The position numbers and the translations under genes are program-made. A DNA stretch of 64,000 nt, taken from contig NC_092371.1 in NCBI RefSeq assembly GCF_030028105.1, positions 46,738,439 to 46,802,438 on the forward strand. The letters are read 5' to 3'. Source of the stretch: Mobula birostris (taxonomy: Eukaryota). The notes under the pieces were generated by a model, which had not been told where the DNA came from, ran no database searches, and saw nothing but the letters and a program-made list of their open reading frames with translations. Shown one piece after another: positions 46,365 through 57,189 of the stretch (the stretch's first letter is position 1; every line of letters starts with the position of its first letter).

Positions 46365-48814
46365 GCACCTCTTCCTATAGATGCTGCCTGGCCTGCTGCG
46401 TTCACCAACATATTTTGTGTGTGTTGCTTGAATTTCCAGCATCTGCAGATTTCCTCGTGTCTGCGTATTTATTCCCTTAAATGGTTTGCTGAGATATTGA
46501 AATCAATTTGTGCAGAGGAATAAAAAGGTATAGAAATCAGATGAAAATGTAGACACTTTCATAGCCTAAGTTTCTAATTTTGAATATTACTATATCAAAT
46601 ACTTCTTCTTAAGCCTATCACCCTTGCTGGAGTTGAGGCCACCAACAGCATACACCAGAATCCTCTGTTCTGGGCCAATAGAAGGTTGATCAGCTCTGTT
46701 TCTTCCACCTCCACAAGACATCTCATACATCTTGGCAAAGATCATGCCTATCCCAGGGATGATGTCTTAGGAGATTCTATTGGTATTTCTGTAGCCTTGG
46801 GCTTATATGGGATAGGGTTGCTCGCGCCCCCCCCCCCCCCGCCATGCCCAAATCTCCTCCTTTCACAGCCAGGCTTGGGACTCTCCATGGCAGAGTTTTA
46901 TGTCAAATATGCAACCTAAATTTGTTGAGTTATTGCATCAGAGAGGACAAAGAGATGTGTGAGAATGTTATGAAGAGAGAATAGTTAAATTTCTTTGAGC
47001 AGCAATGGCTGAGGGAGATATGAGGCTCTGATAGGCAGATTGAATGGGAGTGTCATTGATCCCAGATGATTCATAGTAGGATTAGAGCTAAGATGAGATC
47101 TTTTATTTCACTCCACAAGTAGTGTGAATCTTGAACTCAATGCATGAAAAGTCTGCACAGAAAAAAGCATCATCATATTTAAAAAGCATTTGGATAAGCA
47201 CTTAAAAACAAGGGCTGGAAAGTAGGATGAACTAAAATAGCTGGTTGACACTGTCATGGACTTACTAAGTTGAGTAACTTCCTCTGGGCTGTAAATTCTT
47301 TGCTACCTGTGAACACTTCTATGTTGGGTATGGCAGGAAGATCACTGTCCCCAAAACTCTTCATACACACATGCCCAAATTGTAACATGCAATAGAAGAG
47401 GCCACGTGTGCTTACTGTCCTCAAAGGTAACTCTGCTATTAGCTCTGTAATTGTGGAATGCATGTTAATAGACACATAGATTCTGGAGTATGGGCACACA
47501 GAACCCTAGAAGGGGGTGAGAGGAGAGGGTATCATTTGCAATGTGGGAAAACCTCAGGTTTTGGTTGGTAAATTAGGAGTGTCCACAATAGGCTGCTCGA
47601 GACAAATTTAGAAGTTTGTGGTTCATAGTAATGGAGTGGGAGGATGGTGGTGTTGAAGAGAAACAAGAGACAAATTTTTGACTAAAAGTGAACCTGCCTG
47701 AAGCTAGTTCTCACCACAGCACTCTTTTGTCACTTTTAATGAGTGCCAAAGCAGGTCTTGCATATTTTATGAAGCTTTGGATGCACATGAATAGCATATG
47801 ATATTCATGTGCCATTGAAAATTACGGAGACAATGACTGGAGATGCAACGTACACCTTTGAAGGCCAATATTTCAGGCATCTAGAGGGAAGTGTGCAGTA
47901 GGTGTCCACCTTTGTAATCAGTTTTCTGTAAGAATTTTGCCATAAAGCATATATAAAAGATTGTACTACTCAATGGAAGGTCTATTTTCAATGTTTCCAT
48001 GAATCATTTACACCACTGTAAGGAGAAAACCTGCTGATGTCATGCTTAGTTCTCTTTCATGAGAGCTAACAGGGCATGATATAAATATATCATGACAATA
48101 GCTGGAGGAGAAAGTAAACACCGCAGCACAGCACACACCATTTGTCTGCAGTGCCTCCTGGACACTACTACTAATTTAGCTTCGCAGCATTCACCGTCCT
48201 TCTGTAACACTGTGCTCCTTATCTTTCCCACACCAATCCTGCAGGCCATCACTATCTACCACTCCTCTACGCACCCGCTCCCCCCTGCCACCTCCCACAA
48301 CCAGTGATTTACATGAATGCTGCAATGATGCTGCACACCTGTCTCACTGATGCCTAATTAGCTTGCAAGTTCTAGAAGAATCAGGATGATTATATGCTGG
48401 ACATGTTTCAATCAAGAGGCATGACAAGGGTACAAATCACAGTACAGAGGTTTAGGAATTCAGCCGATAGCTTTGTTATTCTTTATTTAAAGTTTTTCCA
48501 GTAGTTTCCTGCTGCTCGCTGTTTTCTTTCAAGATATTGGCCTTTTACTTCAAGTAAAGTTGAGCTTGCTGTCAGACTGACAACAAAGTGACAGAAACAA
48601 TAAAGCTTATTTTCTGGTCTTTATTATTGGGAAGTGATTTCCTGGAAGCAATTTTCTTCCAGTTGTTTTTATGCAAAGTGCAATTGACCTGGAGAAATGA
48701 CACAGGAATGGTTGTGTAATGATTTCAGCATTCATTCACTCTTTTCCATACAGTCAACAGCTACATTTATTGGCTGTGATTGGAATTCTAAACCATACTT
48801 AGCTTTTTGAGAAA

Positions 48815-49050
48815 TGCTGCACAGTAACAGGCTCTTCCAGCTCCACCAGCATGTGATCCCCAATTACACCCATGTAATTAATGAACCTGCTAACCCCCAC
48901 ATCTTTGGAATGTGGGAGGAAGCCAGATCACAAATAGGAGACCCGCGCAGTCAACAGAAAAATGTACAAACTCCTTACATTACAGACAGCAGCAGAATTG
49001 AATCTGGGTTGCTTGAACTGTCATAGCATTATGCTAACTGTACCACTGCA
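48815..49050 (-). mobile_element. V-SINE/HE1-like SINE
   Basis: tctttggaatgtgggaggaagcc...aatgtacaaactcc...gaattgaatctgggt is the reverse complement of the SINE head and core seen at 5140 and 10181. Confidence 0.6.
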
Positions 49051-49103
49051 CTGCAATTTTTAACTAACTTGCACTTTTAAACTTGCAGCTCATCCATTTT
49101 AAG

Positions 49104-49337
49104 AACGCAAACATGAGGAAATCGGCAGATGCTGGAATTTCAAGCAACACACATAAAAAATGCTGGTGAACGCAGCAGGCCAGGCGGCATCTATAGGAAG
49201 AGGTACAGTCGACGTATCTCTCACTATCTCTTTTTTCAGTTAGTCCTGACGAAGGGTCTCGGCCCGAAACATCGACTGTACCTCTTCCTATAGATGCTGC
49301 CTGGCCTGCTGCGTTCACCAGCATTTTTTATATGTGT
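49104..49337. mobile_element. 234-bp fold-back Penelope mini-element with 17-bp TSD
   Basis: TSD agctcatccattttaag at 49087-49103 and 49338-49354. Inverted arms at about 49150-49212 and 49272-49336. Confidence 0.92.
49242..49277 (+). ncRNA. Minimal type I hammerhead ribozyme (AUC triplet)
   Basis: agtc-CTGACGA-agggtctcggccc-GAAA-ca-TC-gact; the ACGT palindrome has changed to ACAT. Confidence 0.7.
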
Positions 49338-49839
49338 AGCTCATCCATTTTAAGGTTTTGCCCAAGCTCAACGTTGCTTAATGGCATCAGCCTCATGAGA
49401 AATTAAGCTGGTCATCTGTTGTGACGTTGAAACTGGCAAAACAGAGGAAAAAGGCAGAAGCTTACTTCTGTAAATCTGCTGCACATATTGTGCATCTTCT
49501 CTTGCTTCCAACTTGCAAAATATGAAAACCCAAAAGCACTATATAAAAATCGGAAAGCACTGCGGGCACTGGAAGTGTATCCATTGATCTGCTTATTGAC
49601 CTTCCAAGGCGCAAATCCATGGTCTCACGAGACTAACGGATGCCTATTATACTATTTCTTATTGATTTATTGAATTATTGAAATACAGCATAGAATAAGC
49701 CCTTCTGGCCTTAAATAAAGCAGAAAATGAAGATAAAGTGCCTTCAATCCGAAATATAAGCTTTCTTTCTACATCTTTCCATAGATACCAGGCATTATCT
49801 GTGTATCGGAGTAAGCATCCATGATACTTACTCCATTAT

Positions 49840-50957
49840 GTGCTGAACTGAGGCTGTGGTTGTAGGCTTCTTCCAGCTGCTCCAGGCTTCATGCCTGAGG
49901 ACTCACTTTCATTCAAAAATGATATTTGCTTACTTTTATTGTTTCCACGATTTGTCTTTATTCTCTCTGCACACAGGGTGTTTGTTGAGTTTTAGAACAT
50001 AGAATATAGAACATAGAACAGTACAGCACAGTACAGGTCCTTCGGCCCACAACGTTGTGCCGATCCTTAAACCCTGCCTCCCATATAACTCCCCACCTTA
50101 AATTCCTCCATATACCTGTCTAGTAGTCTCTTAAATTTCACTAGTGTATCTGCCTCCACCACTGACTCAGGCAGTGCATTCCATGCACCAACCACTCTCC
50201 GAGTAAAAAACCTTCCTCTAATACTCTCCTTGAACTTCCCACCCCTTACTTTAAAACCATGTCCTCTTGTATTGAGCAGAGGTGCCCTGGGGAAGAGGCG
50301 CTGGTTGTCCACTCTATCTATTCCTCTTAATATCTTGTATACCTCTATCATGTCTCCTCTCATCCTCCTTCTCTCCAGAGAGTAAAGCACTAGCTCCCTT
50401 AATCTCTGATCATAATGCGTACTCTCTAAACCAGGCAGCATCCTGGTAAATTTCCTCTGTACCCTTTCCAATGCATCCACATCCTTTCTATAGTGAGGTG
50501 ACCAGAACGGGACACAGTACTCCAAGTGTGGCCTAACCAGAGTTTTATAGAGCTGCATCATTACCTCACAACTCTTAAACTCTATCCCTCGACTTATGAA
50601 AGCTAACACTCCATAAACTTTTTTAACTACCCTGTCTACCTGTGAGGCAACTTTCAGGGATCTGTGGACATGTAACCCAGATCCCTCTTTTCCTCCACAC
50701 TTCCAGGTATCCTGCCATTTACTTTGCCATGGAGTTTGTCCTTCCAAACTGTACCACCTCACACTTCTCCGGGTTGAACTCCATCTGCCACTTCTCAGCC
50801 CACTTCTGCATCTTATCAATGTCTCTTAACAGGGTTTTTAATGAGTTTTTTAATGGTTTCATTTGAGTTTCTTGTTTTGTGGCTGCTTGTAAGGAGCCGA
50901 CTTTCAGGGTTGTACGATACTTTGATAATAAATGTACTTGGAGCTTTGAACTTTGAT
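49840..50957 (+). mobile_element. Non-coding retroposon fragment with Rex-like tail, split by a CR1
   Basis: Similar to 3860-4158; ends ataaatgtacttggagctttgaactttga. Confidence 0.5.
49993..50826 (-). mobile_element. CR1 LINE 3' fragment (same subfamily as insert D)
   Basis: ORF 50067-50819 with RPHLEYCVPFWSP and RGDMIEVYKI; nearly identical to 31759-32595; tail tagaacatagaatatagaacatag. Confidence 0.95.
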
Positions 50958-51015
50958 CACAAGCATTCTGTTTTTAATTCAACATGGAATACCTACCCAA
51001 CACACTGGAATTCAA

Positions 51016-51128
51016 TCAACTGACAAGATGCAGGAGAATTCGGCATGTAAGGCAGCATCCGTGGAGGAGATTCCATCAGCATCTTGCTTGTTACTCCAGA
51101 TTCCAGCATCTGCAGTTTCTTGTGTCTC
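51016..51128. mobile_element. Collapsed inverted Penelope pseudo-LTR remnant with 13-bp TSD
   Basis: Opposed tail fragments (ggcagcatccgtggagg and ttccagcatctgcag). Flanks cactggaattcaa at 51003-51015 and cactagaattcaa at 51129-51141. Confidence 0.6.
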
Positions 51129-51559
51129 CACTAGAATTCAACTTCATGTAAAGATCATGAAAAGAGAAATAAGAAGTTTTTGCTGAGGATTTTTGCTTTA
51201 ATTATGCATTTGGGAATTAAGCAAATCTGTGGTGGTCAGTGTAGTGAATGTGAGAGATATTAAAAATAGCCAATGAGAAGCTAGCAAGAAGAATTTATCT
51301 TCTCTTGAGATCTCCACTGTCATTGATATCCATCTTTAGGCAATACAATTCACCTTCTTTTTATAAAGAAAAGAATAAACATACTGGAAGCCACAAAGGT
51401 TTGAGGCTCTGATAATACTCTGTGTGCAGTGCTTAGAACTGCTGCTCCCAAGCTGGGTGCATCCCTTGTCAAGCAGTTGCAACTTGGCATCAACTCAACA
51501 AGGTTATGCAGGCATGTTAGGGCAAATCTAATTACTGCTTCATCAGTCTATTTCCAATC

Positions 51560-52110
51560 ATCGACAGTGGAGGAAGGTGTCCAAAACAATCCTATCAACC
51601 AATAGTCACTCAACAATAACCTATTGATGGATGCTTAGTTTGTGTTTATTAAAGTCCACTCACATCTGGACTTCACTAAAGTAGCAGGTCGAGCATGGGC
51701 AGAACAGCCAAACTCCAGAAGTGAGATAAGAATGACAAGACTTGACTTCAAGACTCCATTTGACAGAGTTCAGAATCAAATTAGCTAAGTGACACTAAAT
51801 TCAATAAAAATCAGGTGAAAAACTCCCCAGTGGTTGGATTCCAACCTAGCACAAAGGAAGCTGGTTATTGTTGTCGAACATCAATCATGTCAGTGCAAGG
51901 ATTTCACTGCAGAAGATCCTCAGGGTAGTGTCCTCTGCCCAATCATTTTCAAGTGCTTTATTGTAAAGTCAGATGTGGTAATAATTACACAGCATTTGAT
52001 TCTGTTTGCAGCACCTCGGGTAATGAAGCTGTCTTTGCTTGGATACAGCAAGAACTGAAGGGAAATGGGTAGAAAATTCATGTTTTACAGGATAGGATTG
52101 CACACAACAG
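51560..52110 (+). mobile_element. Ancient CR1/L2-group RT remnant
   Basis: Degenerate LDFKTPFDRV, WLDSNLAQRKLVIVVE and PQGSVLCPIIF. Confidence 0.65.
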
Positions 52111-52989
52111 ACATTTGACATAACCATTGTGACGAGAATACACATAAAATTAAGATGTTTGCTGGCCTGGGTTAGCATCAGTGGCATCAGCAGTTGGTCT
52201 GCCACCTGTCCTCAGGGGAAGGAGAGATAAGGAACAATGGAGCAGCGTCTGGAGATGTGTAATGAAGGGACGGGAGAGAGAGCTGTCTGGAGCGGCTCCC
52301 CCTTTGAACCCTGAACTGTTTGAAGTGATGGACAGGCAATACCCCAGCAGGGGGATAAAAAGGGACAGGTTCGCTAAGGCAGGACACACACGACACCCGA
52401 GGTAACGAGACCCTGGAAGTGATGCGCCTCTCACGAGTCGGTGGGATGTACCAGACCTTAAACGCACAGGGTGGAAAGGTACGATCAGCGGGAACCCGGT
52501 GTGTGTCCACCCTCACTTGGGTGCCGGGTTCACTGCAGAGGATCGACCGCATCTGGAGGAGGGGTCACAGTTGGTGACCTCAGGCAACATCACCAAGAAC
52601 CTGCCCGAAAGCTGCTTGTGAGCAATATCGCCGGTCTGTGAGCGGAAGCTGTTTCTGAATGATCAGTCATTCTCTCTCTCCTTCCCCCCACGTTGTCCAT
52701 CGCCATGGTAACGATTACTGCGAACTGAACTATTAAATTGGACTGAACTTTGTGTCACTTTGAAATTGGTCATTTACCCCTAGACAACGATAGAGCTTGA
52801 TTGATGCTGTTATTTTAATTCTGTGTACATGTGTGTTTATCATTGCTGAACTGTTGCATTTATTATCCTTTCGATTACTGTGTTGCTTGTTTCTTTAATA
52901 AAACTTTCTTAGTTCTAGTAATCCAGACTCCAACTGAGTGATCCATTTCTGCTGGTTTGGCAACCCAGTTACGGGGTACGTAACATAAG

Positions 52990-53008
52990 TGGGGTTCTCG
53001 TCCGTGAT
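52990..53008 (+). promoter_or_regulatory. Primer-binding site, tRNA-Pro-like
   Basis: tggggttctcgtccgtgat just after the 5' LTR, close to the canonical tRNA-Pro PBS TGGGGGCTCGTCCGGGAT. Confidence 0.8.
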
Positions 53009-53117
53009 TTTGAACGCCAAATTTGGGATGGAGTAAATTGATTGGGTTAAAATTCCCGAAAGAAAGAAAAGACAAACAGCAGAAATAGAGGCTGAGGAAT
53101 TTATAAAGGCGCCGATC

Positions 53118-55958
53118 TTGGAGGCATTAGAGGATGCCAGGAAATCGGAATTGGTAGCTGTGGTCAAACGGTTGAATCTTGCTAAGGTGAAGTCGACAAT
53201 GAGGAGAGAGGAGATATACAGAGCTATTGTAGAGCACTATGTATCTAAGGGTGTGTTTCCCCAAGGTGAGCTGGGGGTGGTGTCTATTGAAAAACCTGCT
53301 GGAGACGCGGTACAGGTGCAGCTGGAAAAACTGAGACTCAAGCACGAGTTCCGGGTGCGACAGTTGGAGCGAGAAGAGAAGGAGAGAGAGGTAGAAAGAC
53401 AAGAGAGAGAGAGACAGTTGGAGAGAGAGGAGAAAGAGAGGCAATGGGAGCAAGAAGAGAGAGGGAAACAGAGGGAAAGGGAATTTGAGCTGGAGAAGTT
53501 AAAGATAAGAGCCCAGCAGGGACTCGTGCCGAACCAAGGTGGAGGGTTCCGGGCGACCCCATTTGACGATACCGACATGGATCGGTACTTTCTCCACTTC
53601 GAAAAAGTGGCTATAAGTCAGGAATGGCCGAGGGATAAGTGGGCTGTATTACTTCAGAGTGTACTGAAAGGGAAAGCCCAAGAAGCTTACTCAGCTTTGT
53701 CCGCGGAAGATGCCCAGAGGTATGAGGTGCTAAAAGAGGCCATCCTCAGGATTTATGAGTTGGTCCCAGAGGCATACCGGCAGAGGTTCCGGAATGCGAG
53801 GAAGCAGTGGGACTGCACGTATTTGGAGTTTGCCCGTGAGATGCAGACATATTGTGAGCGTTGGTGCGCCTCAAAGGGGGTAGAGGGGGATTATGACAGA
53901 CTGCTGCAGCTGATCCTGATTAAGCAGTTTAAAGGTTGTGTCCCTGAGGGTATGAGACCCTACCTCAATGAGAAAGAGGCAGCCACGTTAGCCGCAACTG
54001 CTAAGTTAGCGGATGAGTATGCGTTGACACATAAAATGAAGTTTGCCCCAAGTAAAGGCTACCAGAAGGGTAGTCAGGATGGCGGGGAGAGTCTGCCAGA
54101 AAAGTCAGAAAGTAAGCTGGGGACCAGTGAAAAGGATAAGGTAAACCGGGAGCAGTCTGGTAGGAAGTCCCCTGGGGTCATCTGTTATAATTGTGGGAAA
54201 GCCGGACACTTTGCGTCCAGGTGCTTTGCCCCAAGGAAGGAGACGGGGAAAGGAAAAGCGGAAATTTTGAATGGCTGTATCGAGCTGTTAAGCGAACCGC
54301 TAGGGACGGTCAGGTCTGCCAAAGTTCAGGAAGGGCGCGAGAGGTTTATCTTGGCCGGATTGGTGTCAGTGAAGGAGGGGTTAAAACCAGTTCCAGTGCG
54401 GATCTGGAGAGACACGGGAGCGTGTCAGTCACTAATACTGAAGAGTGTATTAGAGTTTAGCTCAGAGACCCAGACTGGGGAGGTAGAGGTCAAAGGTGTT
54501 GGGGAAGGGACAGAGTCAGTCCCTTTGCACCAGATACACTTACAAAGCAACCTGGTCTCTGGACTAGTCACGATCGGGGTGAGGTCCGAATTACCGATGA
54601 AAGGCGTGGAAGTCTTGCTCGGTAATGACATCGCCGGGGGAGTCGTGTTCCCAGTCGTGAGATTGACAGGTCAGCCTGCCAGCATTGAGGCCCCGCCCAT
54701 GGACTCACAGGTTCATCACGGGACTGCGGTAGTGAATTTAGCTGAAATGTTTCTGCCAACCTTGTACGAGAAGAGGATAGAAAATGAAAAGAAAGAGTGT
54801 AGTGAGACAAGAGGCAGTGAGGGAGCTGGGACAGATGTAGCAGTAGTCAGGAAAGAATTTGTGCAGACGCAGGAGCGAGACAAGGGGCTGACGGTTTCGG
54901 CAGAGACAGCTCTGTCTGACACAGCTTTGACAAGGGAACTAGTAGGCTATTGTGTGGAGGAGGAAGTACTAAGGAAAAAAGGGAAATCAAGTACAGTACC
55001 CGCAGATGAGGAGTGGGGGGTGGTGCAAAAGAGTTATGGGGATGAGGTTTTTAACATGGCCCACGAGGTACCCCCCGGTGGACATTATGCGGTGCTGGAG
55101 GAAACAGTTGGTGGAATCATGAAAGAGGTTTACCGGGTGCCCAGGGGGAAGAATGTTATTGATCATGACCGACGCGAACTGAGACGGTCACCGGCTTTTG
55201 ATATGCTAACAAACCTAGTTGGTGTTAGCGTGGAAATCAATGAAGCTAGGGGCCCCCTGATAACAGAAAAAAACCATTTTGAAAAGATTAGTATGCGATT
55301 GATCAGATGGGAGAAGGCTATTGTTTTGGCCAGGTCAGCTGATAAGGTCTCTCCCTTAATCCCCGAACAAAGCGACTCTTTAGGAGTAATTAAACGACTC
55401 GCACCCGTGTGGTTGATTGTCCCGAGGCGATGCAAAGAAGTGGGACGTTGGGTGATGTCTGTTACAATAGGACAGCCTAGCAAACAACATCTATATATAA
55501 TGAGTAAATCAGTGACTAAGGGGCTGATGAACACAGAGGTGTGTATTGGCAATTTAATACGGCTGTCTGAAGCCAGCTTGATAGTGAACCTTGAAAAAAA
55601 TGAATTCGGCCACACGAGGGTCACTTACCTGAGAATTGTGGTGACACAGGGGCATCTGGCAGCGATGCAAGCTACAGTGCAGGCTATCGCTGACCTCCCA
55701 ACCCCGACAGACAAGAGGGCCCTCAGAAGGTTCTTGGAGATGGTGGGGTACTGTAGGAAGTTTTGCAATAACTCTGCGGTCACTACCCCTCCCCCTCCTA
55801 CTAAGCCCTTGCGAGAGAAAACTGAGTCGGAATGGGACGACCCTTGTTATTGTGGTCCGGGACAAAACCAAATGAGAGGTTACATTGATCGCAATTCATC
55901 AGTGTTTTTGGCCACTATGAAGTTTGCTGAGTTGGAGCCTGGTCTAAGGGATTATTAA
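53118..55958 (+). CDS. Gag-protease polyprotein with residual integrase and RT segments (946 codons)
   Basis: E/R-rich coiled coil; capsid region (YFLHFEKVA, W, LKGKAQEAY, YELVPEAYRQRFR, SCAN-related); CCHC knuckle CYNCGKAGHFASRC at 54183; protease RDTGACQS at about 54411; AHEVPPGGH; LIVNLEKNEF...LRRFLEMVGYCRKF. The track start is TTG; an in-frame ATA at 53085 may be a mutated ATG, and the first ATG is at 53199. Confidence 0.85.
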   Translation: MEALEDARKSELVAVVKRLNLAKVKSTMRREEIYRAIVEHYVSKGVFPQGELGVVSIEKPAGDAVQVQLEKLRLKHEFRVRQLEREEKEREVERQERERQLEREEKERQWEQEERGKQREREFELEKLKIRAQQGLVPNQGGGFRATPFDDTDMDRYFLHFEKVAISQEWPRDKWAVLLQSVLKGKAQEAYSALSAEDAQRYEVLKEAILRIYELVPEAYRQRFRNARKQWDCTYLEFAREMQTYCERWCASKGVEGDYDRLLQLILIKQFKGCVPEGMRPYLNEKEAATLAATAKLADEYALTHKMKFAPSKGYQKGSQDGGESLPEKSESKLGTSEKDKVNREQSGRKSPGVICYNCGKAGHFASRCFAPRKETGKGKAEILNGCIELLSEPLGTVRSAKVQEGRERFILAGLVSVKEGLKPVPVRIWRDTGACQSLILKSVLEFSSETQTGEVEVKGVGEGTESVPLHQIHLQSNLVSGLVTIGVRSELPMKGVEVLLGNDIAGGVVFPVVRLTGQPASIEAPPMDSQVHHGTAVVNLAEMFLPTLYEKRIENEKKECSETRGSEGAGTDVAVVRKEFVQTQERDKGLTVSAETALSDTALTRELVGYCVEEEVLRKKGKSSTVPADEEWGVVQKSYGDEVFNMAHEVPPGGHYAVLEETVGGIMKEVYRVPRGKNVIDHDRRELRRSPAFDMLTNLVGVSVEINEARGPLITEKNHFEKISMRLIRWEKAIVLARSADKVSPLIPEQSDSLGVIKRLAPVWLIVPRRCKEVGRWVMSVTIGQPSKQHLYIMSKSVTKGLMNTEVCIGNLIRLSEASLIVNLEKNEFGHTRVTYLRIVVTQGHLAAMQATVQAIADLPTPTDKRALRRFLEMVGYCRKFCNNSAVTTPPPPTKPLREKTESEWDDPCYCGPGQNQMRGYIDRNSSVFLATMKFAELEPGLRDY

Positions 55959-57057
55959 TAACACATATAAGAGGGACAGAAAATGTGATGACTGTCTGTC
56001 AAGGTGTTGACAACTTCTAATTCTCTGTATTAGCCAAGTAGCTGATAAAGATGTATATTTGTGTGTGTATCAAATAATGTATTCATGTTTGTAATTTTTA
56101 CCTCCCAGTAAAAATCCTTAAAGTGGGGAAGTGTGACGAGAATACACATAAAATTAAGATGTTTGCTGGCCTGGGTTAGCATCAGTGGCATCAGCAGTTG
56201 GTCTGCCACCTGTCCTCAGGGGAAGGCGAGATAAGGAACAATGGAGCAGCGTCTGGAGATGTGTAATGAAGGGACGGGAGAGAGAGCTGTCTGGAGCGGC
56301 TCCCCCTTTGAACCCTGAACTGTTTGAAGTGATGGACAGGCGATATCCCAGCAAGGGGATAAAAAGGGACAGGTTCGTTAAGGCAGGACACACACGACAC
56401 CCGAGGTAACGAGACCCTGGAAGCGGTGCGCCTCTCACGAGTCGGTGGGATGTACCGGACCTTAAACGCACAGGGTGGAAAGGTACGATCAGCGGGAACC
56501 CGGTGTGTGTCCACCCTCGCTTGGGTGCTGGGTTCACTGCAGAGGATCGACCGCATCTGGAGGAGGGGTCACAGTTGGTGACCTCAGGCGACATCACCAA
56601 GAACCTGCCCGAAAGCTGCTTGTGAGCAATATCGCCGGTCTGTGAGTGGAAGCTGTTTCTGAATGATCAGTCGTTCTCTCTCTCCCTCCCCCCATGTTGT
56701 CCATCGCCATGGTAACGATTACTGCGAACTGAACTATTAAATTGGACTGAACTTTGTGTCACCTTGAAATTGGTCATTTACCCCTAGACAACGATAGAGC
56801 TTGATTGATGCTGTTATCTTAATTCTGTGTACATGTGTGTTTATCATTGCTGAACTGTTGCATTTATTATCCTTTCGATTACTGTGTTGCTTGTTTCTTT
56901 AATAAAACTTTCTTAGTTCTAGTAATCCAGACTCCAACTGAGTGATCCATTTCTGCTGGTTTGGCAACCCAGTTACGGGGTACGTAACACCATCCAGACT
57001 GGTAAGTTTCCAGCCCCAACTGCTCATTAGGCTGGAAAAAAATTTAATTGTCTATGA

Positions 57058-57189
57058 ACATGAGAACATTTGCAGATGCTGGGAATCGAAAGCAACACAC
57101 ACAAAATGTTGCGGAACTCAGCAGGCCAGGCAGCATTAAGGAAAAGAGTAAACAGTTACTGTTTTGGGCCAAGACCTTCTTCAGGACTC
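57058..57189 (-). mobile_element. Penelope pseudo-LTR mini-insertion with decayed hammerhead, 13-bp TSD
   Basis: Minus strand agtcCTGAAGAaggtcttggcccAAAAcagtaact. Flanks taattgtctatga at 57045-57057 and taattctctatga at 57190-57202. Confidence 0.75.

Larger units (their letters stand above)
46079..46466. mobile_element. Penelope-derived mini-element with inverted pseudo-LTRs and 13-bp TSD
   Basis: 46081-46180 is the reverse complement of about 46315-46417. TSD atttattccctta at 46066-46078 and 46467-46479. Confidence 0.9.
52128..56989 (+). mobile_element. Gmr1-like Ty3/Gypsy LTR retrotransposon, recent, internally deleted
   Basis: LTRs 52128-52985 and 56132-56989, both 858 bp with TG...CA ends and about 17 substitutions by eye. 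TSD CCAT at 52124-52127 and 56990-56993. PBS and PPT present. Confidence 0.97.

Noticed and set aside
52150-52552. Duplicated small ORFs at 52150-52552 and 56154-56600
   Set aside because: Chance frames repeated because they lie within the two LTRs.
53118-55958. Domesticated SCAN-domain or Gag-derived host gene
   Set aside because: It lies between two roughly 98% identical LTRs with PBS, PPT and TSD, so it is a recent provirus.
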